Assembly (NCBI GenBank): GCA_013416795.1
Contig: RQSC01000018.1
Span: 1-64,000, forward strand
Reading direction: 5' to 3'
From: Prasinococcaceae sp. CCMP 1430
Lineage: Eukaryota > Plantae > Prasinodermophyta
DNA: 64,000 nucleotides
Part shown: positions 19,761 to 30,382 of the stretch, piece after piece
Layout of the letters: every line of letters begins with the position of its first letter
How positions within the stretch are numbered: position 1 is the stretch's first letter
Translations under genes and position numbers: made by a program
Notes under the pieces: model-generated
What the model was told of the DNA's origin: nothing
Seen by the model: only the letters and a program-made list of their open reading frames with translations
Databases searched by the model: none

Positions 19761-20984
19761 TCACGGGCGGATGATGGGGTCGGCCTTGTTCCACCAGCGG
19801 ACGGCCTCGACGCGTGCTGGGCCGGTCGCGCTGCGCACGAACCTCGCGTACTCCTCCTTGCTGCGTGCGCACAGGCGGCCCGTGTAGAGGTCATCTGCGC
19901 TGGAGGGCTTATTAGTGTCGCCGTCGTCGCCGCTACTTGCAGCCACGGTCGACTCTGGGTCGTGCTGCTGCTCGCTGTGCATCCACAACTCCCGCCGCTG
20001 CTCGCGGAGCAGCTGCTGCTCTTGCTTGGCCTCGCGTTGCAGCGCGCGCCGCTGCTCGCCCGTCGCGCGGAGGTGCGCATCCGCGCCGTCGTCCAGGCAT
20101 TTCGATGCGGCGGAGGATGTCGAACACGGGTCGCCCGCGCGTTGCTTGCCGGCGTGCTGGCTCGCTTCGCAATCGCCATCGGCAGCGAGCGCCGAGGTGA
20201 CACGTTCGGACATGTACAGCCGCTGCGCGGCGCTGGGGTCGTACGTCCCCCTGGGGCGTTCGTCGGGTGCCTCGCGGTCGACGCGGTGCGACCCCCACGG
20301 CCGCACCAACACGCGCCCCGCGCGAGCAGCCGTGTGCAGCAGCGCGAATATTGTCACGGCGGCGCCCACCAGCGAGGCCGCCGCACCGGGTATAGTTGCG
20401 ATGCCAGGCTGGCAGCACTGCAGAGAGGCCAGCGGCCTGCTGCAGCCGCCGTGCGCAGCCACCGCCATCGATGATTCGCTGGACGCGATGCGAGAGCCTT
20501 CGAATCCCCCCGTGGGCGTCGACAGCAACAGCGGCGCATCGCCTGCTGCTAATGCCGCGCGTGGGACAGGCACCCTCACCGCGTAATGCCCCCGCGGCAG
20601 CTGCGCATCCAGCATGGCGCCTGGGCCTGGGCTGCCTCTGACGCCGTAGCCATGCTCTCCACTGCCTCTCCGGGACGCAGCCGCGGCGGCTGCCGCCGCT
20701 GCCATGTGCGGGTTGGCCGCGAGCACGTCGGGCTCGTGCGCGTTGTGCAGCCTCGCTACGTCAGCGAGCGACTCACCCCCGCTCGTGATGTGCATCAGCT
20801 CGAAGGTGCCGCCCCCCACGGCCGTGGCAGCTGTTGGCTTGCGCGCAGCATCGCCACGCGGGGGGGCGCGCCGCCTCCCGCACAGAGTAGGTGCGGACGC
20901 ATGCCTCCTGAGCGGACGAGCACGAACGCTCCTGACCGCCGCCGCGCAGCCCAGTCCCCTGGACGCGCAGGCCCCCGCCCCCAT
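19761..20984 (-). CDS. LysM-domain protein with transit-peptide-like N-terminus and a hydrophobic segment
   Basis: HITSGGESLADVARLHNAHEPDVLAANP fits the LysM consensus; Arg/Ala-rich N-terminus; ASLVGAAVTIFALL. Confidence 0.65.
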   Translation of the reverse strand: MGAGACASRGLGCAAAVRSVRARPLRRHASAPTLCGRRRAPPRGDAARKPTAATAVGGGTFELMHITSGGESLADVARLHNAHEPDVLAANPHMAAAAAAAAASRRGSGEHGYGVRGSPGPGAMLDAQLPRGHYAVRVPVPRAALAAGDAPLLLSTPTGGFEGSRIASSESSMAVAAHGGCSRPLASLQCCQPGIATIPGAAASLVGAAVTIFALLHTAARAGRVLVRPWGSHRVDREAPDERPRGTYDPSAAQRLYMSERVTSALAADGDCEASQHAGKQRAGDPCSTSSAASKCLDDGADAHLRATGEQRRALQREAKQEQQLLREQRRELWMHSEQQHDPESTVAASSGDDGDTNKPSSADDLYTGRLCARSKEEYARFVRSATGPARVEAVRWWNKADPIIRP

Positions 20985-21923
20985 GTTGGTCGACGAGTCG
21001 GCGCCTCTGAGGAAGAGTCCCAGCAGCGTCCCCTACACCAGCGGTGCACTCCGAGTCGCCGACCGCCGCTGCCGCAGGCGCATACAGTAAAATAGCGCGC
21101 GGCCGCGTTACTTCGCGCCCCGGGCGTTCCAGCGCTCGCCACGCCAGGCCACGGCGCGTCCACAGCCTGGGACTGCGTCGCCCTCCGCGCCAGGCCCGCG
21201 CCTCGCCGGGCGGTTAGCGCGCGTCGCCTCCCTCTTCCCGCCACGTCCACTGATGGGTCGCCACCGGTGCGACGGCACGCGATGCTTCTTTTTTTAGGGC
21301 CTCTCGGATCGATCGTTTCCGAGGCCGCGATTCGGCCCGCGCGCCCGTCTCGGCGGGCGTCGGCGGCGGGGGGGCGCCCCGCCGCACGGCGCGGCGCGCG
21401 CGCGCGGCGGGCGCGGGAGGGTCGCGGATTTGATTTTTTCGGCGCGGCGTCCGATATCGACGCCGATGTCGCGTCGGTCAGCGTCGGTCGCCGCGCGATG
21501 TTATGAGTGCCGAGTGGCGGGCTGGCATGCAGCGGCAGGCTGGGAGCCTGGGGGAACGCGGACTCCGAGACGCGTCACCGCGTGGCGTGCCTCCTCGGCG
21601 GACGTACAGGCGCCCGCGTTGCTGAGAGGAGGATGGGGAGAGAGGCCGTGGCGCGCACGGCGCCGGTGACCGCCGACCACCGCCCACACCGACCGCGCCC
21701 CCACCGCCCCGCGCACGCGCTGTGCGCGCGCAAGCCGCCCTGTGGCACCACGGCGTTGGCACGGAGCGACGGGGAGTCCGAGGGAGACCCGGCGCGGAGG
21801 CACGCACGCGTCTGGCCGGCCGCGTGCGACGTGCTCCTGCTTTCAGAAGAGCCTTCTCTGGTTGGGTTTTTGCTGGGTTCCGGTCGGGGTATTAGGGTGT
21901 AAGATCTAGGGTTTGTATCAGGG

Positions 21924-23630
21924 GTGGTTCCGGTCGGGCCTGCGGCCTGCGCGCGCACGCGAGTGGGCGGCGCGTGCGGGCGCAGGGCAGACGGCGTGCG
22001 CCGCACGCAGCTCTCGCGGGATGGCGTGCGGCGGAGCGCGCCTCGGCGCGAGAGAGTCCGGCGCGAGGGTCGCAGGCGCGACGCGCTCCTCGCGGCCGGC
22101 GCGGCTGCGGGCGCGTGGCAGCACGCGCCGCTCGCGGCGCTCGCAGACGCCCCACTGGGCACAGCAGCTGCCGAGGCCGCGGCGGAGAAGCTCTGGGACT
22201 TCCCCGTGCCCCTCACTGTCGAGACGGTGCGCGGCTGCGCGCCCGAGCGATGGGCGAGCGAATTCCGGGGCGCGATGGCGAAGACAGCGCGCCTGAAGGT
22301 CTCGCAGAACGCCTCGCTCGCGGCAGCGTACGCTCGGCTAGGCGGTGCGGGTGCTGGCGCCAAGGGGAAGAAGAACAAAAAGCCGCTGCCGGACCTGCTC
22401 GCGCTCGGTGACGGCTATGTCGGCGCAGCCGTCGCACAGGAGTTGGTGCGGCCGCTGCCGCCGCTCCGCGCCGGCGGTGTGGTGGGCAGGAGTGACGGCG
22501 ACGCAGCTGCGGCGATCCTCGGCAGCAGCAAATGGGCGGCGGTCACGCGCAGGCAGCGGGGCACGGGTCTCGCCGGTGCCGGGAGCGCGGAGCTTTACGC
22601 ATGGCCTTATCGCTTCGGGTGCGCGCTGATCGCCTACCGCAAGGACAAGCTGCGGCGCATGGGCCTGCCGGGAGGCAGGCCCCCGTCGACGTGGGCGGAT
22701 CTGCTCTCGCCCTCGCTCAGAGGGCGTGTGGCATTTCCAGGAGCGCCGCGTGAACTGTGTGCGTACGCCCTGGCGGCGGCGGCGGACGCAGAGGGCAGGT
22801 CGCCAGGTGTGTCCACCGCTTCGCCGCTGCACACGCGCGCAACCCCACGCGTCCGCGCGCTGACTTCGTGGCGCGACCCTCGCGAACTGGCCCCCTCTCC
22901 GTGCGCCCTCACGCATCGTGCCGCCTCTCTCTCGCGCGCGCACTCCCTGCAGGCGATCCGGAACGGGTCAGCGAGGCGGAGCTCTCTGCCGCACTGGGCG
23001 CCCTGCGTGGGGCTGCGCTGTGCTTCGACAGCGGGCGCTATCTGAGCGCCTTGAGAGCAGGCGACGCGTGGGTGGCGGTCGGATGGTCGAGCGACGTCGT
23101 GCCGACGGCGTCGCGCTCTCCAACCACCATCGGGCACGTCGCGCCAGAGACGGGCTCGCCACTGTGGGCGGACGTGTTCGTGGCCCCCGCTGCAACCGAG
23201 TCGCACGGAGGTGCGCGCCGGTGCATCGCGCGCGCGCGCGCGCTCCATCTCGCCCACGCGACGCTCTGAGGTTCGCGAGCGCCCAGGGAAAGTCGCGCGC
23301 GTTCTCACCAACCAATGCTGACGCGCACCCCGGCGCACCCACCCTATGCGCACGTGTGGCGCCTCGCCAGGCGGCCTCTCGCACTCACCGCTCGCCGGGC
23401 AATACCTCGAGTTCGTGTCGCAGCCAGCGCGCGCTGCCGACCTGCGCGGCGCCACGGGCGGCGCGAGCCCGCTGCTGCTCGACTGCGGTGCGGGGCTTCC
23501 GCAGATGTTCGGCCTACGTCCGCCCGAGTGGTTGCCGTCCGAGGCAGCGCTGGGGCGCAGCGCATTCCTCACCCCGCTGCCGCGCGCGGCGGAGGACACA
23601 TACGCGCGTGCGATACGCTCAATGCGCTGA
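21924..23630 (+). CDS. PotD/PotF-like polyamine-binding protein (plant ENF2-like); exons ?-22806, 22953-23210, 23371-23630
   Basis: DLLALGDG, YAWPYRFG-ALIAYRKDKL, WADLL-P-LRGRV, FDS-YL-AL-GDAWVAVGWSSDV, P-GS-LWAD. Start uncertain. Confidence 0.82.
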
Positions 23631-23888
23631 GCAGTCGCGCGTGACGGCCTGCCCGAGGTGCTACCGCGCGCGGCCTCGGGGCGCACAGGGGCGTACGACA
23701 CGTCGCGTAGCCCGCACTCCAACCAGCGCATGTAATATCAACCACACACAGTCACACACACACGCACTCTCTCTCGGCGGGCCCACCGGCGGTCTGGCGT
23801 GTCGCGCTCACCTGATGGCTTACGAGAGAGCGAGCGACCGCGCTGCGCTCGCGTGAAACCGCCCAAGCGCACGCGGCGGGCGTGGAGC

Positions 23889-24187
23889 TCACTTCCTTCG
23901 CGGGCAGTTCTTGCACTGTCACGGGAGGGGGCGTCACAGAGGCGCGCGTCAGACCATCTCGCATCACGCGACGAAGATGACGACAAGCGTGCGAGCAGCG
24001 TGCACCGCGCGGCGATCGCGGCGCCGCTTGGCCGCTGAGCGGTGGCGTCACACACCAGATCCTTCGTTCGCTTCGGGTGCTTGCACTTGTCCAACTTCTT
24101 CTCGGCGCACACGGTCGCGAAGCCCTCAGACGGCGCCTCGGCATCGCCGCAGTCGACATCGCCGCCGTCCTCGGGCGACTCAAGCAT
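23889..24187 (-). CDS. Small Cys-rich protein (52 aa or longer); exons 24187-24056, 23915-23889
   Basis: GT donor, CTGAC branch and CAG acceptor join …CAEKKLDKCKHPKRTKDL|CKNCPRRK*. Confidence 0.6.
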
Positions 24188-25205
24188 GCCCGTGCGGCCA
24201 GCGCGCGGTACGCCGGCGGCGGCCGCGCGCGCGCACAGCCGCCGCGGCTGCGNCTCGCGCGCCGAGCACGCGCGCGCGCGCCCGCGCCCGCCGCGCCCCC
24301 AGCGACCCTCGCCTGGCTCCGACCCACCACGTGGGGGTCCCACAGACAGACAGCCGCCGTTCGCTCGCGCGCGTCACTCCTCTCTCTTCCTGACCTTCAG
24401 TCTGAAAGAGAACTGAGGATGACGCGATCACGTCACAACTCAGAGACGGCCTTTGAGTTTGCTATGAGGGGACTTGCCGGTCATCGTCAGCAAAAGAGTG
24501 GGAGCCGGGCGCGGAGCCAACCCGAACCCTTTGCAAACATCGCAGATTTGGGGTGAGATCACGACGAGCGTGAAAGGGTTTAATTCCGGAGGTGCGAGCT
24601 GTCTGTGGGCTGCGCGCGCAGCCTCGGCGGCGTCGGCGGCGCGCGCCCGAACCGGAACGCGGGCGGGCGGGGACCGGCGACCGCGCAGCACGGGGGAAAT
24701 GCGGACGCGCGGGGCGCCGGGGTGGCCGGCGGCGCGGCAGGTGGCGCCGGCGAGCGAGTGCAGCACGATGATGGCAAGGTGCGGGCGGTTGACGTTCGAT
24801 GCGCTGCGCAGACTTTTTTTTTTTTTTAGCGCACGGAAGGGGGAACGCGCGCGCGCGCGCGCGCGCGCGTGCGGGCCAGCGGGTTGCCCCCCGCGAGGAG
24901 GGGCTCTCTGGCCGCGTGCGCAGGGAGGGGTTCGGGATGGCACGTTTGTGCCCGCCACGGCTTCCGCGCCGGCGGGGATGCCCCCCGGGCGGCGCTGGCG
25001 CCCGTCCGCGCCTGCCCGGTGCGCGCTCGCGCGTCGTTGCGCTCGGGCGTTTTTGGTTGTGGCCGGTGAGCACCCGCATCCGTTCGGTGCGCGACGACGC
25101 TCTCGGCGACCGCGGCGCGGACGGCAGGGCGCGCGTGCGGGTGCCGCGCGTCGTCTCCACCCAACGCTGCGCTGGCCAGCCCTCAACGCCTTGCAGCGGG
25201 AGCGG

Positions 25206-28200
25206 ATGAGCGCCGAGGCTGTGGGTGGGTGGGCACATGTGCTGCTTGCTGCGCGCGGACGACTGCTGCTGGCGGTCGTGCCAGCAGCCGCGACGCACCA
25301 GCTCGGGAGCGCGCACTGTCCACGCAGCAGCCCCCTTTTCGCGCCGCTCCACGCCCCAAGCGTGGCTCACGGTCGTTCCATGCGATGCACGCGCGCACGC
25401 TGCCATCGCTCGCTTGCCGCGCTGCTCCCTGACAGCCGAGGCTCCTATGCATACGCGCTGCCGCCGACCCCACGCTCCATTCGCGCTGCCGCTGGCCGCT
25501 GCCGTACGCCGCCCTCGCAATCTGCTCCGCCACGCGTGCTCCGTGCGCCTGCGCTCGCGCGCCCTCTCGCTGCGCGCAGGTGCACGTGTCGGACTTCGAC
25601 TACTTTGAGAAGCTCGAGGAAGGTGTGCGGCGGGCGTCGGCAGTGCCAGTGGTCGGCGCCCGCCTTCCGCCGCTGCTGAGTCGCGACGTCCTCTTCACGC
25701 TGGCTGTGCCGTGCGGCGTCTCTGGCGACACGTTTTACCGCAGCCCGAGCAACCGCATCGGCTTGTACTATTCGCCGCGGACCGCGGACCTGAACGCAGC
25801 CGAACTGGGAATGCCCAGGAGCGCGCCGCTGCCACCTCTGCTCGCAAGCGTCCGGGCGAAGGCCCGGCGTGCGGGCGAGGCGAGCGCGGCAAGGGACGGT
25901 GGGAAGAAGGCGCGCCGCGTGAAGCGCGCGTGGGCGGGCGGGCCGCTGACGGGCAGCTTCAGCGCCGCGGGTGGCGCACTCGCGGGCGCTAGAAAGGGCT
26001 ACACAGCACGCCACAACGAGGCGGCGGCCGCCGAGATAGAGCGGACCACCCTGCGAGCTTCGGGCAGGCTGCTGCGCACTGGCGACGCCGGCGCCGACGC
26101 TACGTATGGTCGCGAGACTCCCATCTCTGGCTCGCGCCCGCGGCTGCCCGAGCGCTCAGCCACCGATGACGCGGCCGAGGCTGCCGCGCTCGCCGACGAG
26201 GTTGTCAGGTACCAGTGGTACCTTGAGCACGGCATGGATTCGTCGCTGGTGGCGCCCTTCCGCAACGAGTGGTTGGACAACGCGCTTCTGTTCGTGCCCG
26301 ACGGCCCCGGGCCAGGCGTATCGCGAGCTCGTTTCGACGAAATAGTCGACGAGTGCCAGGACGAAGTGCAGCGCGAGTACATTGGGGCCGCGAAGAAGGC
26401 GGTAGTTGACTACGCCCTCCTGGACGCCGCTGAGCGCGAGCGCCTCAACCTCACCGCTGTGCGCTCCATCATGCGGGGCAGACCGGACCTCGAGGCGGAA
26501 GGCCCCGACGCGCGCGCGGGCGCGCGCGATCTACCGCGGGCGTGGCGTGAGAGCGTGACGTTTGCACATGCGGCGATGGAGGGCAGCTTGCACGTGCTGA
26601 GCCCACACACGCTGCAGCTGGCAAGCATTTGGGAGGCCTTTGAGACCAAGCTGCTCGTGGACACGTCCTCGGCGGACTTCGTGCGCGCGATGCCCTTCCA
26701 GCTTGACGCAGTTCTAGGCTGGCAGCGAGAGTCGCGCGAGCGCGCGCGCGAGGCTCTGTGGAAGGAGTGGATCCCCGCGGCGGTGGCCGTGTTCCGCCGC
26801 GACCCGCCTCGACCTGCCACAAACACTCCCGAGGCCCTCGCGGCATTCTACGATTGTGCGTCGACGCTGATGTCCAACCAGCTGCGTCGCATGACGGAAG
26901 AGAGCGTGCGGGCGTTCGAGTCGCTCTTCGTGCCGTTCGAGGATTGCCCGCTCGACAGCCTCAGTCCCACAGGCCAAACACCAATTTTCTGCGTGTCGGT
27001 TGAAGTAGGCGTGGACGGCAGCTACCTGCTGTCGCCCTCGTGGCCTGAGCTGGACGGCGCGCTGCGCGAGTGCCTGCAGAGCTCGGTCCTCGCGCCGGTG
27101 GGGTTGCCGCGCCCCGACGCGGAGATCAACCGCCGCGACGGCGCAACGGCGCTCGCCACCATGTCGGCGGACGACGAGCTTGTGCAGGGCGTCACTGCGC
27201 GCGTGGCCGCGTGCGTGGCGCGCAACAAGGCCGGCGCCGACTATGTCGTGGCCATGTTCGACCAGTTCTCCGAGCTCGCCTGCACCGACGTCGAGAAGCT
27301 ATGCGCTGAGTTTGACGAGGCCAACAAGCCTGCACCAGGTCAGGCGAGCAAGCAAGTGACCGTCAAGGCGTATGCTGATGCCGTGAACAGCTACCGTCGC
27401 ATCGCCGACCAGGTGATGGTTGCCGCGCCCGCCACAGTACGGATTGGCCTCGTGGAGGTGTCCACGGTCAGCATCAAGGCCACCCTGCGCGACAAGGCGC
27501 TCGGGCTCGCGCAGCGGCTGCTCACGCAGGTGCTCGGGCGCATGCGCGCCTCGAACACCGACGTCATTGCGCGCTACGAGAAGATTCAGGCCGAAGTGAC
27601 TTCCACGTCGACCACCTCGGATGAGATTGTGTCCATGCGTAAGTATGTTGCGGCGCTGCCGGCCGTGTTGCGCGAGCTCGACGCCGAGATCAAGGTCAAC
27701 TCGCAGCGCGAGGAGTTCTTGGCGGAGTGCTACTTCGACGTGCCCATGGACGACTTCCGAACGGCAATGGTGGCTTGCGAGTGGCCCAAGAAGGCCGCGG
27801 CCATCATCGAGTCCAACAGGACCAACATCGAGGACGAGCACGACAGGTTTGAGTCGGCCCTCAAGGAGCGCCGCGCGGAGTTCTCCGAGCTCCTTGGGGC
27901 GTACGACGAGCGGCTGCTCGCCTTTGACACAGCCGGCGAGCTCGACTGCACTGAGGAGTATGCCGAGGCCGTGCGCGAGCTGGACGCCAAGCTGGAGGAC
28001 GCGGCCACCACCGCTGAGGACATCAACCGCGAGGAGGGCCTGTTCTCAATGCCGGTCACCAAGTTCAACTCGATCGCGACCATGCGATCGGGCCTCGAGC
28101 CCTACATCAAGCTCTGGACGACGGCGGCCGAATTCAAGGCGCGCGAGAATGAGTGGATGAACGCGGCGTTCGGTACGCTCGAGCCCGAGACCATCGAGGC

Positions 28201-30327
28201 CGCGGTGGGCGAGATGTTTCGCACGATCTACAAGCTCACCAAGGCGTTCGGCGGCGAGGAGCCGAAGGAGGAGCCACTCAAGGTGGCCGAGCACACGAAG
28301 GCGCAGATCGAGAAGATGAAGGGCGTGCTGCCGCTCATCAGCTGCCTGTGCAACCCGGGGCTGCGCGACCGCCACTGGACGGCCATCTCTGAGGTTCTCG
28401 GCTTCGAGCTGACCGCCTCAGACTCGAGCTCGTTCCGCCAGCTCGTCCGCCTGCAGGTGGCCGACAAGCTCGACGCGCTGACGGAGCTCAGCGACGGCGC
28501 CTCCAAGGAGTACTCGCTCGAGCGCACCCTCGACAAGATGCAGTCCGAGTGGGCGCCGCTCGAATTCGAGCTGAGCGCGTACCGCGAGACGGGCACCTTC
28601 ATCCTGAAGGGCGGCCCAATCGACGAGGCGCAGCTGCTGCTCGACGACCACGTGCTTAAGACGCAGTCGATGGGCGCCAGCCCCGCCGCCAAGCCCTTCG
28701 AGGATCGCATCGCCGATTGGGGCAGGCGCGTGACGGCCATGCAGGACATTCTGGACGCGTGGCTCAAGGTGCAGCAGGTGTGGCTGTACCTCGAGCCGAT
28801 CTTCGGGTCGGAAGACATCATGCAGCAGATGCCCACCGAGGGCGCAGCCTTCCGCGAGGTCGATGACGCGTGGCGCGTCATCATGGCCGAGACTGAGAGC
28901 GCGCCCGCCATGCTGGCGAGCGCCGACCGGGAGGGGCTGTTGGACACGCTCAACGAGTGCAATGCCAAGCTTGACATCATCCAGAAGGGCCTCGACAGCT
29001 ACCTCAACAAGAAGCGCATGGCGTTCCCGCGCTTCTTTTTCCTCGCCAACGAAGAGCTGCTCGAGATCCTGTCGGAGACCAAGGACCCGCTGCGTGTGCA
29101 GCCCTTCCTGAAAAAGTGCTTCGAGGGCATCAAGACGCTCGACTTCCAGGACGCCGAGGACGCCTCGAGCCCGAACCACCTGGACATCGTCGCCATGAAC
29201 TCGGCCGAGAACGAGCGCGTAGAGTTCACGCGCACGACAAACCCCAAGAGCGCCGCGGGCAACGTCGAGCGCTGGCTGATCGAGGTCGAGGCCATGATGC
29301 GCGAGACGCTGGTCGCGCGCGCTGCGGAGGGCGTCGCACACTACGCTCAGGTCGAGCGCGTCAAGTGGATCGTCTCGCACCCGGGCATGCTCGTGCTGTG
29401 CGGCTCACAGATCTACTGGACCAGGGAGGTGTCGGAGGCGCTCTCCACGGGCGGCACGGCCGGCCTCAAGAAGTACGAGGCTCAGTGCACCGCGCAGCTT
29501 GCCGATGTGGTCAACATGGTGCGCGGTAAGCTCACCAAGATGGAGCGCAAGACCGTGTCCGCGCTGGTGACGATCGACGTGCACTCCCGCGACGTCGTGT
29601 CCGACATGGCTGCGAAGGGTGTCTCGCTGACCTCCGATTTTGAGTGGCTCGCGCAGCTACGCTACGACCTCGACGCAGAGGGCATCGTGCAGGTCTCGAT
29701 GATCAACGCCACCAAGCGCTACGGCTACGAGTACCTGGGCAACAGTAGCCGCCTTGTCATCACGCCGCTCACCGACCGCTGCTACCGCACGCTCATGGGC
29801 GCGCTGCATCTTAACCTCGGCGGCGCGCCGGAGGGCCCTGCCGGAACTGGCAAGACAGAGACAACAAAGGTGGCCCAGCGCCGCGTGCGAGCACGGCGGC
29901 GGGGCGCGCGGCGGCGGCGGCGGCGGTGAGGAGGCGGGCGCCATGAAACGCGAGTGCTGACCCCCGTGCATCCCTGCGGCTCCCCCCTGCCCTTCCATCC
30001 CCCTCCGCCCTTTCCCCACCCACCCTTGCGCAGGACCTCGCCAAGGCGCTCGCCATGCAATGCATCGTCTTTAACTGCTCGGACGGTCTCGACTACCTGG
30101 CGATGGCAAAGTTCTTCAAGGGGGTGGCCGCCAGCGGCGCGTGGGCGTGCTTCGATGAGTTCAACCGGATCGACCTCGAGGTGCTCTCGGTCATCGCGCA
30201 GCAGATCCTCACCATCCAGCGCGCCGTCGCTGCCAGGCAGGATCGCTTCTTCTTCGAGGGCACCGACTTGCAGCTCGTGCGGACGTGTGCTGTGGTACGC
30301 AGCAGCGAGCCCACCTGTGCACGCTCA

Positions 30328-30382
<55 letters not shown>

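Noticed and set aside
21250-21900. Possible gene between the LysM and PotD-like genes
   Set aside because: No coherent ORF, splice pattern or motif.
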